Source: Eledone cirrhosa
Taxonomy: Eukaryota
NCBI GenBank assembly: GCA_964016885.1
Contig: OZ024743.1
Location: 150,660,001 to 150,724,000, forward strand
Reading direction: 5' to 3'
DNA: 64,000 bases
Position numbers and translations under genes: made by a program. Each line of letters starts with the position of its first letter. Position 1 is the first letter of the stretch. The notes under the pieces are model-generated. The model was not told where the DNA came from. It made no database searches and saw only the letters and a list, made by a program, of their open reading frames with translations. Below, piece by piece: positions 39,346 through 53,273 of the stretch.

Positions 39346-42057
39346 ATTTTATTTTAAAAATGAAAATGTTTAAGAGAGTTTATTTTATGAATACTCCTAC
39401 TGTTGATTACTCCTGCCCATTTGTCCACATGCAAAATCTACTTTACCTGATAGCATACCTGTGATTGCACTATATTCCTTGTGTGGCCACTGTTCACACT
39501 CGGTAAATAATATGCAATTTCTACATACCTCTTTTCAATATATTGAGCCTAATTAGTAAATTCCTGTCCTTTTTCTTACTTATTAAAAGTTTACTTTAAC
39601 CCTTTCATGACTGCATTTCTAATGGAATACACACTATTTTAATTAATTAATGAAGAATTTTGAGGGATTTACTAAAATTATTAATTGTTTCATTACTAAG
39701 ATAGTCACTCAATGTAAGGTTCTTATATAAAATTATGTTGGATGATTCTAATTTAAATTGGAAACTTTTAAAATGGCTGGTAAAATTTCATAGAGCCAGA
39801 GCCAGTTTTGGCCGGGTTGGTAACTAAAGTGTTGATGCCTTTTAATTTCAGATTTTGTTTCCATGTTTGGAATTTCTTCTCTAATCCTTATGCCATGAGT
39901 GATAGATAATCAACATACAGGAATTCCCAAAGACAACCAGTCAAGAATTTCTTTGTTATGGCCTGGAGAACAAAGAGGAGGGAGTGAGAACATAACCTGG
40001 ATGGACTTTTAGTGAGTTGGTCATAGGGTTATTTACTCCAGTAAATACCACTGCACGCCAACCCCTAATTTAATTTAAAAGAAGATATAGAAGAACTTTT
40101 ATGTAATTTTCCTTGGTTAGAATTATTTCTCTACATTCGAAGTAATAATTGAAGCATGACGAATATCTCAAAATGAGTATCAATAACAATTGATATTTAT
40201 TGTAGTGCCTGTATTACAATTTGGTAACAAAACGTACCTTGTTACATGATAGAAGTGTAATCCTGAAATACAAGAAAAGGCTTAACATATTTTTGCTCGG
40301 TGTGGTCAGTTCGAGAGCTTGTTGCCAACAGGAGAGATTTCCCTTTTCTCTTTCTTTTATAATATCTGGAACGGAAGTTCAAGGAATGTTCTAGAAATTC
40401 TACGGGAAGTAACTCTAGCTACTTCCCTTTGTCTAGAGAGCACAACAGACTCCTACTCATACACTAAATTAATTGTTGTATACATTGTTAATCCTCACCT
40501 TGTTGACTGTACACTTGTACAGGACTTAATGGTAACAACAACAGTAAGTCATAGAAACTGTTGTAGAATAGTGAAAGAAATCTCTTCATCTTCAGTGTCA
40601 GAACTTAATGACAAACTATAAGGGTCAGCACAGTGGGGAAAGGAATTCCAAGAAAAAAACATGAACTCAAACAGTTCTTCATTTACTTTTACTTTGCCTG
40701 TACTATTTCTTAATCTTTGACTTTTCTCTATTATCTTCCATTTCTTCTATTTTTGTTCTTTTTCTTTCCTAGTATCATTATTTAATTTTTCCTTCTTTTT
40801 CCCTACACACTGTAAACTTTCTTACATTTACATAAGTAACCAATAACCCTTGCAAAAGTTGTTATCATGGTCAATTGATAGGTATGGCAGTCCCATGAGG
40901 ACCAGGGAAGTGAAACTCAGACAACTCAAATTAAATAAATGGATGAATGGATAGACAGATAGATGGGTGGATGAATAAATGGATAGATAGGTGGGTATGT
41001 GGGGTTGTTTTATGGATGGGTGGATGGGGTTGTTTTATGGATGGGTGGGTGGGGTTGTTTTATGGATGGATGGATGGCTAGATGGATAGATAGATAAATT
41101 CATTTCAGACAAATGTCTATATTACTCTCCCACACAATCCTTTATAATTTATGTATATTTTTTCCTGAATAATAAAATCAAAATTATTCTCACAAGTTTT
41201 ATTTGATATTCTGGTAAATGTAAAAAATATAATTTCTGTTTTAATAACAAAGGTTAATCGAAATATATTTGTGTGTAGGTGTATTTATGTCCATGTATCT
41301 GGGCATATGTGTATGTGTTTGTACATATTTGTGTAGATATGTATTTATTGTTTATAAGATATGGGACAGGGGCAGTGATTATTCACTAGTTTTGAATTTG
41401 AGGGAAAATATTTTCTTTCTATGAGAAATCACAGCTACCTGAAAAATGTTCTGCTTTATAACTGTCTTTAAAAATATATAAATAATCTTAAAGAATGTAC
41501 AATGGATGCTGTGGTTCAACAAAGAAACTTTCTTGTTCTTTTATACATACATATACACACAAAAATGCATTTTAAAAATATAATAAATGTATAAAACAAA
41601 AAATATAATCTCCACACTTTTTTTATGTTTATTTAGAGAAATGCTCTACTTAAAAAAGAAATACAAAAAAATATGAGTAATTCTTTAAGTAAAAAAAAAA
41701 CAGAAGTATATCTGAAATAAATAAGAAAAGCAAAATATGTATTGACAGAAGAAATACAGATTTTTTTAATTAATTATTTTTTAAACTAAGATACTACGAT
41801 TTCAGAACAGTGGACATATTCCTTCCATATTGTGGAACTTTCCTTTAACTTTGAATTTCATTCAGCTTGAATGATTCAGATTCTTTGAAAACAGTGCCTT
41901 TTCCTTTGTTTATAGTTTTCTTTCTAATAAGTTCTAGTTCAAGGGTTTTTACATTTTCTTTTTGTTTGCATCATTCTCCAGTTGGTAATTAATTTTATTG
42001 AATTTTTCAGAATATGCAACTTTATTTTAATGTGAGTATATGTATAAATCTATATAC

Positions 42058-42088
<31 letters not shown>

Positions 42089-42267
42089 TGTATGTATGTA
42101 TGTATGTATGTATGTATGTATGTATGTATGTATGTATGCATGTATGTATATATATATATATATATATACAAATACACACACATATGTATACAAATGTATA
42201 TCTACATACTTATGCTCACACACTATATATATTTATGTATATGTGTGTGTGTGTGTGTGTAACCATA

Positions 42268-42602
42268 TCATCATCACCGTTTTACGTCCGTTCTTCCACG
42301 CTAGCATGGGTTAGACGGGTTGTCCCGTTGTGGGCAGTGTCTGGTCGGCTGACCATGCCTTGCTCATACAGGAACTGATTTGGCTTGATTTCTACAGCTG
42401 GATGCCCTTCCTAACACCAACCTCATTTACAGTGAGTGCTGGGTGCTTTTTTGTGGCGCCTACACGTCCACTTTACAGTGTGGGCTGGGTGCTTTTTTGC
42501 CGTGGCACCTCCACGACCACCTTGCGGTGGGTGTGGGGGCATATTGTCTATATGCTTCAGCTTGTACCCATGGGAGGTCGGGTACTCTGTATTACTGCGT
42601 GA
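42268..42602 (-). mobile_element. Young RTE 3' end
   Basis: Near-identical inverted partner of 30478-30815. Confidence 0.88.
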
Positions 42603-42689
42603 CGCATTGATACATATATATGTATCAATGGACAGCTTCTTGTTGCCTTGATGTCTCTATATGAATGCTCTAGTATTTGTGTTCTGATA

Positions 42690-43412
42690 AATTGTACTAA
42701 GTCAAAACCATTCTGTGTTGGTGTTGAATTCTGCCAAAAGTGCATATTGTCACTTCTCCTGTTCGTAATTTTCATGAACAGGTGTACCTTAACTCACCAG
42801 AAGGTTTGCTGCAAAGACTGAGACATTCATCCTTTCAAGAAAACCTGCACAGTGCACATTATATATGAAGCAGGTGAAGAAGTTCAAGTATCACAGGGCC
42901 GTGTTCATGAGTGATGGAAAGCAGGAAGCTGAATTTAGTGCAAGAAATGCTCAGCATTTGGTAATCAGAAGAAGGGAAGTAGATGTAAAAGCCATCTTCA
43001 ATTTGGTATTCATGCAAACCCTTAACTATGGACATGAGTCTTGAGTAATGACTAAAAGAATACAATCATGAATACAAGCAGCCAAAGTGGGGCTCCTCTG
43101 AAGGGTCTTTGGAGTAGCATTACTCGATGGAGTATGTAGCTCAGAGTTCAGCGAGTCACTCAAGGTAAAGCTACTACTTCTCCAAATTGAGAGATCACAG
43201 CTCTGATACTATGGACATGTGATAAAAATGTCTAAAGAGAGAATCACTGGACAGATTTCATGAGCAAAACCACCCACAAAGTACCGAGATGTAGGCCTTG
43301 GGGATCCAGCCAGATCAATTGGCGACAGTTACATCTGACAGGACCCACTGGAAGGCATTCTTGTGGACTGTGGCCCCATGTCTCTCCTAGGGATAAGTGG
43401 GTAAAGAAGAAG
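42690..43412 (+). mobile_element. Decayed RTE-family fragment
   Basis: Homologous to 25760-26325 and 7968-8267. Confidence 0.7.
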
Positions 43413-43736
43413 ATATATATCTATACATCCATACATACACACACACATTTATGTATGTATATATATATATGTATATGTATATACATAAATGTGTGAGTGA
43501 GTGTGTTTGAGTGTGTGTTTGTATTAATCTTAATATTCTTTTACTGGTTTCAGTCATGAAACTGCAGTCATAGTATTATAAACCTTGCTGCAAAATGGAA
43601 ATAAACGTTTATATCCTCTCTATGGGCAGAACATATTGGGACTTACTTCACCAGTTTCATCTTTGTCTCAAGATTCATCAAAGAACAATATGCTCATTTT
43701 CTTTCCATACAGAGATTGATAGCTTATATATATATA

Positions 43737-44610
43737 TCATTATCTATAAAAGGCAGATTGTTGTTGTTGTTGTGTGTGTGTGCATGTTCCATGTTTATAC
43801 ATTTGCACAATTTCAAACCGATTCGACTCAAAGTCTGTAAGAATGTTGTAAATGATCTAACTTAGGTCAATGACTATTTATTTCATTCATACTCACCCAC
43901 AATTACGGAAATAATCGATAAAACTAAATACGTGACACTTTACCTCTATAATAGAATCTGATTACCTCTCTCTACTCCCCTTAAACTTTAAAAGAGAGAG
44001 AGTGAGAAAGAGAGAGAGAACGTTTGTTTTTGAGTGTGGAACGGCCAAACATTTATTTACTTCAATGACAAAGAGAACTTATTACATTTCATACGAAACA
44101 ACAATTATTCAAAAGCAACAGATAAATTTATTCAACAACAAAAAAAATAGCGATAAATCTTTTTTAAAACATCTATCAACGAACGTGGAAGAAAGAAGTA
44201 TCAGTTCATTTACTATACACAATAATATCCTCTATGAGGTCACTAAACCTGCTAGAAACAGCAGCTAACTCTCCCCCATATCACACCCGCCCTACTGTCT
44301 TAAATTTAGAAAACACACATTAGACAACCATGCAGAACAACTCCATCGCAGCTCTGTTGTTCGACTGGCATCGTCTACGCGCGTGTTGCGCAAGTACTGT
44401 GAAACAATAAATTTCAACACTTCTTTGCACAGAGATAATAATAGGCGAAACTACAATTGTCATTGCTGGCGCAGCTCCTGCTTCGGCAGTCCAGGTCTGC
44501 AATTCATTCACCCAGTGCCTGGCATACAAAAAGGTGCTGCCATAAAATGGGTGGTGCAACCTAACTTTGGTAACTTACTGACCCCGAGCAACGCTGGGCT
44601 TTAATGCTAG
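43737..44610 (+). mobile_element. Non-autonomous Helitron-like element
   Basis: 5' TC...tctataaaa followed by a microsatellite; 3' GC hairpin (ccccgagcaacgctggg) then CTAG|T. Confidence 0.7.
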
Positions 44611-45024
44611 TATATATATATAAAAAGAATGAAACGAAATTTCATTTCTCACTCTTAGTACGGCTGGTACTTAAATGTAAGTATGTATGTATACGTACAT
44701 ACATATATGTATACAGACGTACAGTAGTATGTATATATATACATACATGCACACATATATATATGTACGTATTGGTTTACCGAACATTTATTATAATGCT
44801 CGGTTTGTTTGTAAACAAACAGCCCGAATTACGCCGTACAGTGTTCAGGCAACCATCGTCACCTTTTTGTTCAACACTGACACAGGAACGATGTACTAGT
44901 TTCAAGCTTATTAGCTATCGTCAGCATCGTATACCTTTCTGTCAGATGGTTGAACGTCTGAAAGTATATATATATATATATTGTTTACAGTAGATATAAA
45001 TGCAATTTAATTCAAGCACTCATA

Positions 45025-45096
45025 CTGTCTGATGAAATCATGAGAATTAGTTAAATAATCAAGTGACCATGACCGTCTTTGAAATATGTATCACAG
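45025..45096 (+). ncRNA. Type I hammerhead ribozyme with intact core and long, weak stem II
   Basis: ctgt-CTGATGA-...-GAAA-tatgtaTC-acag, then AATAAA and (TA)n. Confidence 0.7.
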
Positions 45097-45143
45097 CTTT
45101 GTTAATAAAGAACTCTTTAACATCTACAACTTTGTATTTTCCT

Positions 45144-45194
<51 letters not shown>

Positions 45195-45283
45195 TTGAAC
45201 CACATTGTTAATAAGACAAAACCTATATATTTGCTAGCATTGATATGCATCTGTGTGTATATAAATGTTACTAGATATAAATT

Positions 45284-45339
<56 letters not shown>

Positions 45340-46616
45340 AACACAACCCAGAACTCAACTGAAATGGCCAATTTAAGTAACATAATCCACACATTCGTTG
45401 ACTATGTGGTTAATTAATTATACACAACAGTGTATACTGATAATCTGGACTTTAATATACAAGTACTTACAATTTTTAAATTATATGCCTATCTGTGAAA
45501 TGAAAACAATTATTTCTATCTTTTCACAAGCAAATTCACCGGAGTAGTTTCCATTCTATATGGGGGTATATCTACATTAAGTTCCAGATTAAGCAATATA
45601 CACTGTGTTCTACTATGATAGCATTTCCACAGAGTATCATTGAGGCCAGAATATACAAATAGACTATTTCTAGGACCACTGAGTGAGTCACAAATTTTTT
45701 ATTTAAAGCTGACATAAAGTTAACAGCTTCAACATAGGTTTTCTGATTAGATGAAATAGGAAGAAAAGAGAATGAAATCTTGGCACATGTTAGCAACCGG
45801 GTAACAAGGCGACATGAAAGAACAACCAAACTCCCACTGTCATCACCTCCATCTCTCTCGCCATCCCCTTCTCTCCCTATGGTGAGCAAATGGGGTCCCA
45901 TGTGCTGGCCTCCCCAAAAAGAAAACAATTATATATAACAAACTTAATAGAGCAATGTAAAACACATGCTAATCATTTAGTCACCAAAGCACATTGTTAA
46001 CTTGTATAAAAGAGAATAATGTTTTTACTGATTTATTTCAAATAATAAACAGCTATACTTTTAACTAGCTAAATGATTAAATATTAAATGACTGAACAAA
46101 TAAAATAGACCCATGTGGTTAAAATGTTTGCTTTCTAGCCTTGATCCAATCTTGTGACATTTGGAACAAGTAGCTTCTACTCTAACCAAGAGTTGAATTT
46201 GGTAGGAATCTGTTTGGAACATACATACATACATATATACATACATGCATGTATGTATGCATGCATGTATGTAGGAATGGATGCATGCACAAATGTATGT
46301 ATGTATATAAGTATATATATTTGTGCATATGTGTACATGCGTGTGTGTGTTTCAACAAAGTGTAGAAGTAAAAGTACCTCAGAGGAGCCTTCTGTATGAA
46401 ATATATATATATATACAAGTAGAGTCTTACATTGTATGGCTAGTGGAAATATCTTCAATGAACAGAGATTATTCATATAATTTCTAGACCAAAACTAAAT
46501 TTGAAGTGTTCAGATACTGAGAAGCAGGCAACATTATAACAAATGAAATTGAAATTGAATATATACATATTTATTTTTATATATCATTCCCAAAACTATA
46601 TATATATATATATATA

Positions 46617-46960
46617 GTAATAATAATAAATTTGAAGACTAAAATCCAAAGAGGGCTCGATTACACTCGCATCTCATAACAACAATACAGCACAATTATT
46701 TCACATCAATTGGCCCCGCTCTCCTCAACGTTACACCAAAACACATTAAAACGGAAACAGACCCCATAAAGTTCAAGAAGTCTTTGGACAAATTCCTTAA
46801 AAAAATCCCAGATAAACCACCTACACCCGGATATGTAACTGTAAACAATAACTCTCTACTTGAGGTAGCCATGGTGTCCAAATCCTGAGATGAAAGACTT
46901 CACCAGGTGGTGCTATTAAGTTAGACATGGTCTGGGCCAATACTGGCCAAAGCCTGATGC
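46617..46960 (+). mobile_element. CR1/L2-type LINE 3' end
   Basis: Translates FKKSLDKFLKKIPDKPPTPGYVTVNNNSLL, a CR1-like C-terminus. Confidence 0.65.
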
Positions 46961-46984
46961 ACAAATACATATATACACACATAT

Positions 46985-47024
<40 letters not shown>

Positions 47025-47039
47025 TTATTTATTTATATA

Positions 47040-47558
47040 CTAGCTGAATTACCCGCGCCTTGTTGCGTTTCACATTTTTTTGTAAGAAAATGATGATTGA
47101 TTTTAAATCAGTGATATAATTTATGGAGAAAAACTCTGCATTTCAATATTACTCAATGTAAAATGCAATGTATGAAAAATTGGAAAACATTATTTTTTGT
47201 AATATATAATAAAATCAAAATTACATTATTAAATCTTATTCTTATTTTGTTTCTTGTAAATAATTTTTTTCAAAATATCAATTCAAAACTTTTGTGAATA
47301 GGCATCATATCTTGTCATTTACCTATGGTTTAAATTTCATATAAATCAAAGGGAAAAAATTTTCAGTGGAGGTTTTCAGCAGGGGTTTGTGCCCCCGGGG
47401 AATCCTTTTATTAAAATGAAATATACTTATCCACGTACACTGGGCAATGTAGTTACATAACATATATGGTTATGGGGGTCTATCTCCAAAACCATAGGAG
47501 GAGTTCATGAACAAACAAACAAACAAACAGACAGGAACTACAACTTTATATATATAGA
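47040..47558 (-). mobile_element. Non-autonomous Helitron-like element
   Basis: Minus strand: TCTATATATATAAAG 5' end, (TTTG)n, 3' GC-rich stem then CTAG|T. Confidence 0.65.
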
Positions 47559-47587
47559 TATATATAGATATATATAGATATATATCA

Positions 47588-50087
47588 GATAGGGTGTGGC
47601 AAAATACCAGGTGGACCATAACCACCAGAGTACACGATACTTGGGGTAGTAGAGTGGGAATATGAAAAGATTCCTGGACCCCGACGGCTGAGCTCTGGGT
47701 GTTTTGATAGCTAGATCCGAACTAAAGCGCTAGTATTTGAACAGCGGAAATCTAGCTGAACTTATCAAGGGGTACAGTCCATATATGGGCATGCAGTTAA
47801 AGCAAAATATCTTTAAATTTTGTTGTTGTAAAATTTTGTTTTTCTCTGGGAGTGGTCAGTGATCTGGTAACTTAGATCAAATGTCTGGTTTAGTCCTGCT
47901 AAATGTTCTGTATTTTATTTATTACATTCTTGGCAGTGAGGGGCTAGACCGGCCAAAATACAAGAGGAAAGGCTTAGTAGACTAACTGACCTGAAAGTAC
48001 CAAGCCAGTCAGGTGTGCACACACGCTATTAAGAGATTTTATCCTCATCAACTATTTCCAATCTGTAGAAATGTTATTGTGCTAAACTTCAATTCAAGAG
48101 GAAAAAAAAACAAAAAGAGAAAATATAATTTCGGCGTATATAAGTCAAAGAGTATTTATGTTTTTGTTAATTTGCTTTATCTTTACACTTTGCTAAAAAA
48201 CTAAGCATTTATAATTTATTACTATTTCTCCTCATTATTGAGAAATCTAGTTATCAATTGCACTATGGCCCACAAAGAGTGGCTCATTCACTAATTTACT
48301 TTTTTTTTTATTTAACTTATTTTCAAACACCCATAAATCTACCCTTAATCTTAAATATAATACTTTTTATTTCTTCTCTCGTACTGTTGTACATTAGCTA
48401 AGGTTCTATAATAAAGTAAATCCCTCAAAGTGCCAATTTAACATGTATATCAAAGCCATCGCCAAAGATTGGCAAAAGGAAATAATAGAATTGAAGGTTA
48501 GCTTTCTTTAGTAATTCTGACGCTATAGTTTGTGATGGTGCTTACGCACTAGCATAATATAAATTTATATGTCAGTATACGTTAACTCTATATGCGATGC
48601 CTGCCATAGCGGCAGTCCAGTAATGGCTACGAGTAATTTTCTGCCTCGTGCTTAAACTATGAGTAATAGGTCTAGTAAAGTGTCATAGTTATCTGTTCAG
48701 CTGGTTCCATAGGGCAATATGTATATTTTAGGAAAAATAAAAATATTCTATATACAAAGTTCTACCTAGGATGCTGGGGGTTTCCTCTATCTTAGTGTGT
48801 TAGTGGGAAGGATATTAAAGCCAAGATCTGCCCACGTGGGTCGTGAGGGGGTTTGAAGGTAAGATATATCCTATATATTCTGTGTTTATGCAAGCTAACG
48901 AGTTCATCCTTTTTGTTTAACAATTGGTCCTTCGCCAACAGCATCTGGATCGTTTCCTCCGAGCATGAATTGCATGGACGGTGTCCTCCTGAGTAAGATT
49001 TTGGCTTGGAAAGTGACTCCATTTATGTGATAGTTAATAATGTTGTCTGGGAGGTCCCAAATATGGCCAGAAAGTGCTGTAGCCTGTCACCAGGCCAGGT
49101 TTCTAAATGAATGTTGCTGTTGGTAGTAACAGGTCTTAAACAGTTAATCCGATGTAGGCCTTGTTGGAATGATCCATCCTCATGTTGCACTGGTAGACCA
49201 CATATTATTTGCAGCATCTGTTGTTGAGGGGGCACGATGATCTATCCAGACAGTTACAACTCCTAATTTGCTCACCGCTAATATCGTTGTTGTTTCTGTT
49301 AGAGAGGAGTTTTATATTGTTAGATGAAGTGATTTTTGGTGGCATTGCCTGTTGGATCCACTAGTAGGGCCTGGATAATAGGAAAGGTCATCCTGAAGAC
49401 GTTCCTTTCGAAGGCCTGATTGTAATAAGCTGCATGTTCATTGAAGATCTGCTCATTTGTGGACAAGTAAGATATGCGTAGTGAGATATATTTACTACTT
49501 TATTGGTAATGTTCCTTGGATAGTTGGAAAAGCGGTGGATATAGTGTAAATTCTCATTTGGTTTCCTGTAGATGTAGTACAGGTTGTTTTCCAGATGGAG
49601 TTACATCCAGAAAGTTAACACAGGTAAGGAATGTCTGTAGTTTTCTCTCGTTGGGTTTATTAGCACAATAACATTTCTACAGATGGGAAATAGTTGATGA
49701 GGATAAAATCTCTTAATAGCGTGTGTGCGCACCTGACTGATTTGGCACTTTAGGGTCAGTTAGTCTACTAAGCCTTTCCTCTTGTATTTTGGCCGGTCTA
49801 GCCCCTCACTGCCAAGAATGTAATAAATAAAATACAAGACATTTAGCAGGACTAAACCAAACATTTGATCTAAGGTAAACCCCCACCCCACCCCACCCCA
49901 GATCACTGACCACTCCCGGAGAAAAAAAAACCCAACAAACTTTTAAGATTTTTTGCTTTGACTGTATGCCCATATATGAACTGTACCCCTTAATAAGTTC
50001 AGCTTGATTCCCACCATTCAAATACTGGTGCTTTAGTTTAGATCTAGCTGTCGAAGCGGCCGGAGCTCAGCTGTTGGGGGCTTGAAT

Positions 50088-50088
<1 letters not shown>
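47588..50088. mobile_element. Old PLE insertion with ~400-bp inverted terminal arms and a decayed RT/GIY-YIG region
   Basis: 47678-48080 versus 49670-50080 are inverted. Minus strand 48850-49625 reads YRKPNENLHYIHRFSNYP...YYNQA and CNSCSEE...LLNKKDELVSLHKHR. (TA)n on both sides. Confidence 0.8.
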
Positions 50089-50149
<61 letters not shown>

Positions 50150-50491
50150 TGTTTCCTTGAGCAAGACACTTTATTTCACATTGCTTCAGTTTACTCAGCT
50201 GTAGAAATGAGATGATAGGGACTGGGGTCCCTATCATTCCACTGCAAAGTGGTCGTGCAGGTGCCACGGCAAAAAAGCACCCAGCACTCACTGTAAATGA
50301 GGTTGGTGTTAGGAAGGGCATCCAGCTGTAGAAATCAAGCCAGAATCAGTTCCCGTCCCACCCTTGCAAGCAGGGAAAAAGCGGACGTAAAATGAAATGA
50401 TGATGATGATGATGATATATATATTTATATATATATATTAGAAAATATCATATATTTTCACTAGCTCTGGCAGTTGGCAGGTAAGCAGTAT

Positions 50492-50538
50492 ACTGCAGTG
50501 ATGAAGGGTAATCACCCAGAAACATTAGTGTCTGCAGT
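50492..50538 (+). ncRNA. Type I hammerhead ribozyme with one core mismatch (GUGAUGA)
   Basis: actgca-GTGATGA-agggtaatcaccca-GAAAC-attagt-GTC-tgcagt; homolog of 946-993. Confidence 0.72.
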
Positions 50539-50717
50539 TCTGTTTGCATGCCAACACACGAGCAGGAATGATGAGGTCATTCTACTGACATTGCTTTAAA
50601 GAGGCTGTTTGCATAATTGCAAACGAATCGAATATCATTACTAATATTTGAAAAACTCAGATTACATTTATTCTATTCAACCATGTAGAGCGATACACTA
50701 TTTGTTAGCTATATATT

Positions 50718-50800
<83 letters not shown>

Positions 50801-50821
50801 ATATATATATATGTATATATG

Positions 50822-50883
<62 letters not shown>

Positions 50884-51364
50884 TTGGTAAACGGAATAGA
50901 AAATGCTGACAAATTGTTCACAGTTGAAAAATGGTTTAATTAGGAATAAAAGAGTATTAGTGATTGTATGGGTTAGTATTCAGTTGTGGTTTTAAGTTTT
51001 TAAGTTTTTTACCGGTTGCGCATTTCTAAATGCTTTTCAAAAATAATTTTGAGATAGAGTGTCCGTGTTGTTCGCTCTGATCTGATTAGTTTTGGGAATT
51101 CTACCTGTTTTTATGTTAAAAAAATGGCTCCAGCGTTATTTTTGTGTTGCAAAAATGCTTGTGGTCAAAACAATTTTGATTGGTCGGTAGAGGTCATGTG
51201 AATGTAAAAAGTTGATTTTGCGCCAAGACTGTTTTTATGTTAAAATGTTAGAAAAGTGGCTCCAGCAAAAATTATGGTCAAAACAATTTTGATTGGTCGG
51301 TAGAGGTCATGTGGATAAAAAATTGGTTTTGCGCCAAGATTGAGAAATGACTCTTTCACAACAA

Positions 51365-51436
<72 letters not shown>

Positions 51437-51505
51437 TAGTAGTAGTAAGGTGTTCGATGCTGCGACAATAGCCACCAGCGATGTGTGTCAAATGGCTATT
51501 AAGAT

Positions 51506-51543
<38 letters not shown>

Positions 51544-52040
51544 ACATACACACAGCAGAGTCATTCGAAGGTCAAAAGATATTTTTCAGCTTTTGTCTTA
51601 TACGGAGTAGTGCGTGTGTGTGTGTGTGTGTGTATAAGTCTCTTTGTATGTTGATGTACGCGTGTGTATGTGTTTGTGTATATATGTGTGTGTGTGTGCG
51701 TGTGTGGGTGGACCAGTATTTTTTCCCCCCTGGTAAAATGGTGTACATTATTCGATTTTTTCAGTAAAATCGGTTCTCTTAATAGAACATCAATAATCTT
51801 AACAATAAAAGGTGTGAAATGATATTCACTATATATATATACACACACACACACATATATATTTTCACTACATATATATATATATATATATACATATATA
51901 CATACATATATATGCACATATATTTTTTTGTATTGCACCATAGAGCATGTGTGTTTACGTGTGTCATTGTGTTTATATGTGGGTAGAGATGTGTGCTGAT
52001 GTAGGTATGTATGTTGACGTGTGTATGTTGTGGGTTCGTC

Positions 52041-53272
52041 TTAGGGAGAAGTGTTTAGACGGGGTCCGTATTTGTTAATGAAGTAAGATTCCTTGCTGAT
52101 GCGCTGGGTGTGGGTGGCATTATCTTTAAATTTGTAGAGGGGAAAGATTCTGAAGTTGGGATGATTTTGGGCGGCGCAGGTACCAATGTGTTCACTCAGT
52201 GGTATTTTCCTGTATTCCCGTATTTTAATTTGGGATCTATGGACAGTCATGCGTTGGCGGAGGCTGTTTTTGGTCTGGCCTATTTATTGTTCTCGACAAC
52301 CTGAACAAGTTAATACATATATTAAATTTTCCGATGCACATGTGAAATTGTGTTTTACTATAAAACGTTGTCCATCTTTGAAATAGAATTCCGAACCCTC
52401 TATTAGGTTGATGCAAATGCCACAGTTGGGTCTATCGCATTTTTTTACTGTGGGTTTCGTTGTTGTGGTTGGCAGTACTTTGGCATGTGTTAAGATGTTT
52501 TTCATTGACTTGGATTGTCTTTTGCTCTTTATGATATCGTGTGTTCGTAGAATTTGGTTCATTCTATGGTCCTTTTTCAATACAGGGATGTTCTGGAGGA
52601 TGGTGTCAAAGGCCTCGTTGTTGAGGGGGTTGTGTGTGGAGATGTATGGAAGAGCTTTTAGTTTTGGTTGATTTACTTTAGGGTGTCTAAGGTCCTGGGT
52701 ACTGAGTTTTAGGGCACGTTGGATTCCATTGTCAATTAGTGATGCAGGGTAGTCCCTGCCTATGAGTGTGTCCTTTAGTTCTTGTAGCCGTAAGTAGCAG
52801 ATGTTTTTATTGGAGACTATAGTACAGATTCTCTTGGCTAAGTTGTAGGGAATATTAATTTTAACGTGTCTAGGGTGGCAAGAGTTGAAGGGAAGGTATT
52901 GCTTGGAGTCTGTGGGCTTGTAGTATATGTCTGTTTCTATTTTTTTGTTATGGATCTTAATGAGGATGTCGAGGAAGGGGAGTTGTTGATGGCTGTATTC
53001 CATCGTGAAGTTAATATTTGTGTTGAGCCCATTTATAAGGGTGTGAAATTCTTTAAGTTTTTCGATGTTTTCGTGCCAAAGGATGAAGCAGTCATCAAGA
53101 TATCGCTTCCAGTTCCTTTCAATGTGTAAGTGGAGGGTGTTTCCAAATTTGTTTAGGACTTTAGTGTAGAGGGTGATTTCCAGGTATCCCATGACTAGGT
53201 TGGCATACGTAGGGGCTGTTTTCGTTCCCATAGCGGTCCCAGATTTCTGCTTGTAGGGTTTGTTATTGAAAA
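52041..53272 (-). pseudogene. Truncated inverted copy of the PLE RT/GIY-YIG ORF
   Basis: Near-identical peptide to residues from FNNKPY onward, with TAC>TAA at the YIG motif (stop at 52284-52286). Confidence 0.93.
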
Positions 53273-53273
53273 T

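Noticed and set aside
40998-41070. Three 24-bp ggggttgttttatggatggg repeats as telomere-like or regulatory elements
   Set aside because: A local expansion within a (GGAT)n/(GATA)n low-complexity tract, not TTAGGG.
45572-45745. Minus-strand hydrophobic ORF after an acceptor-like site (MSALNKKF...ILASMILCGNA)
   Set aside because: No convincing donor site before the stop codon and no recognisable homology.
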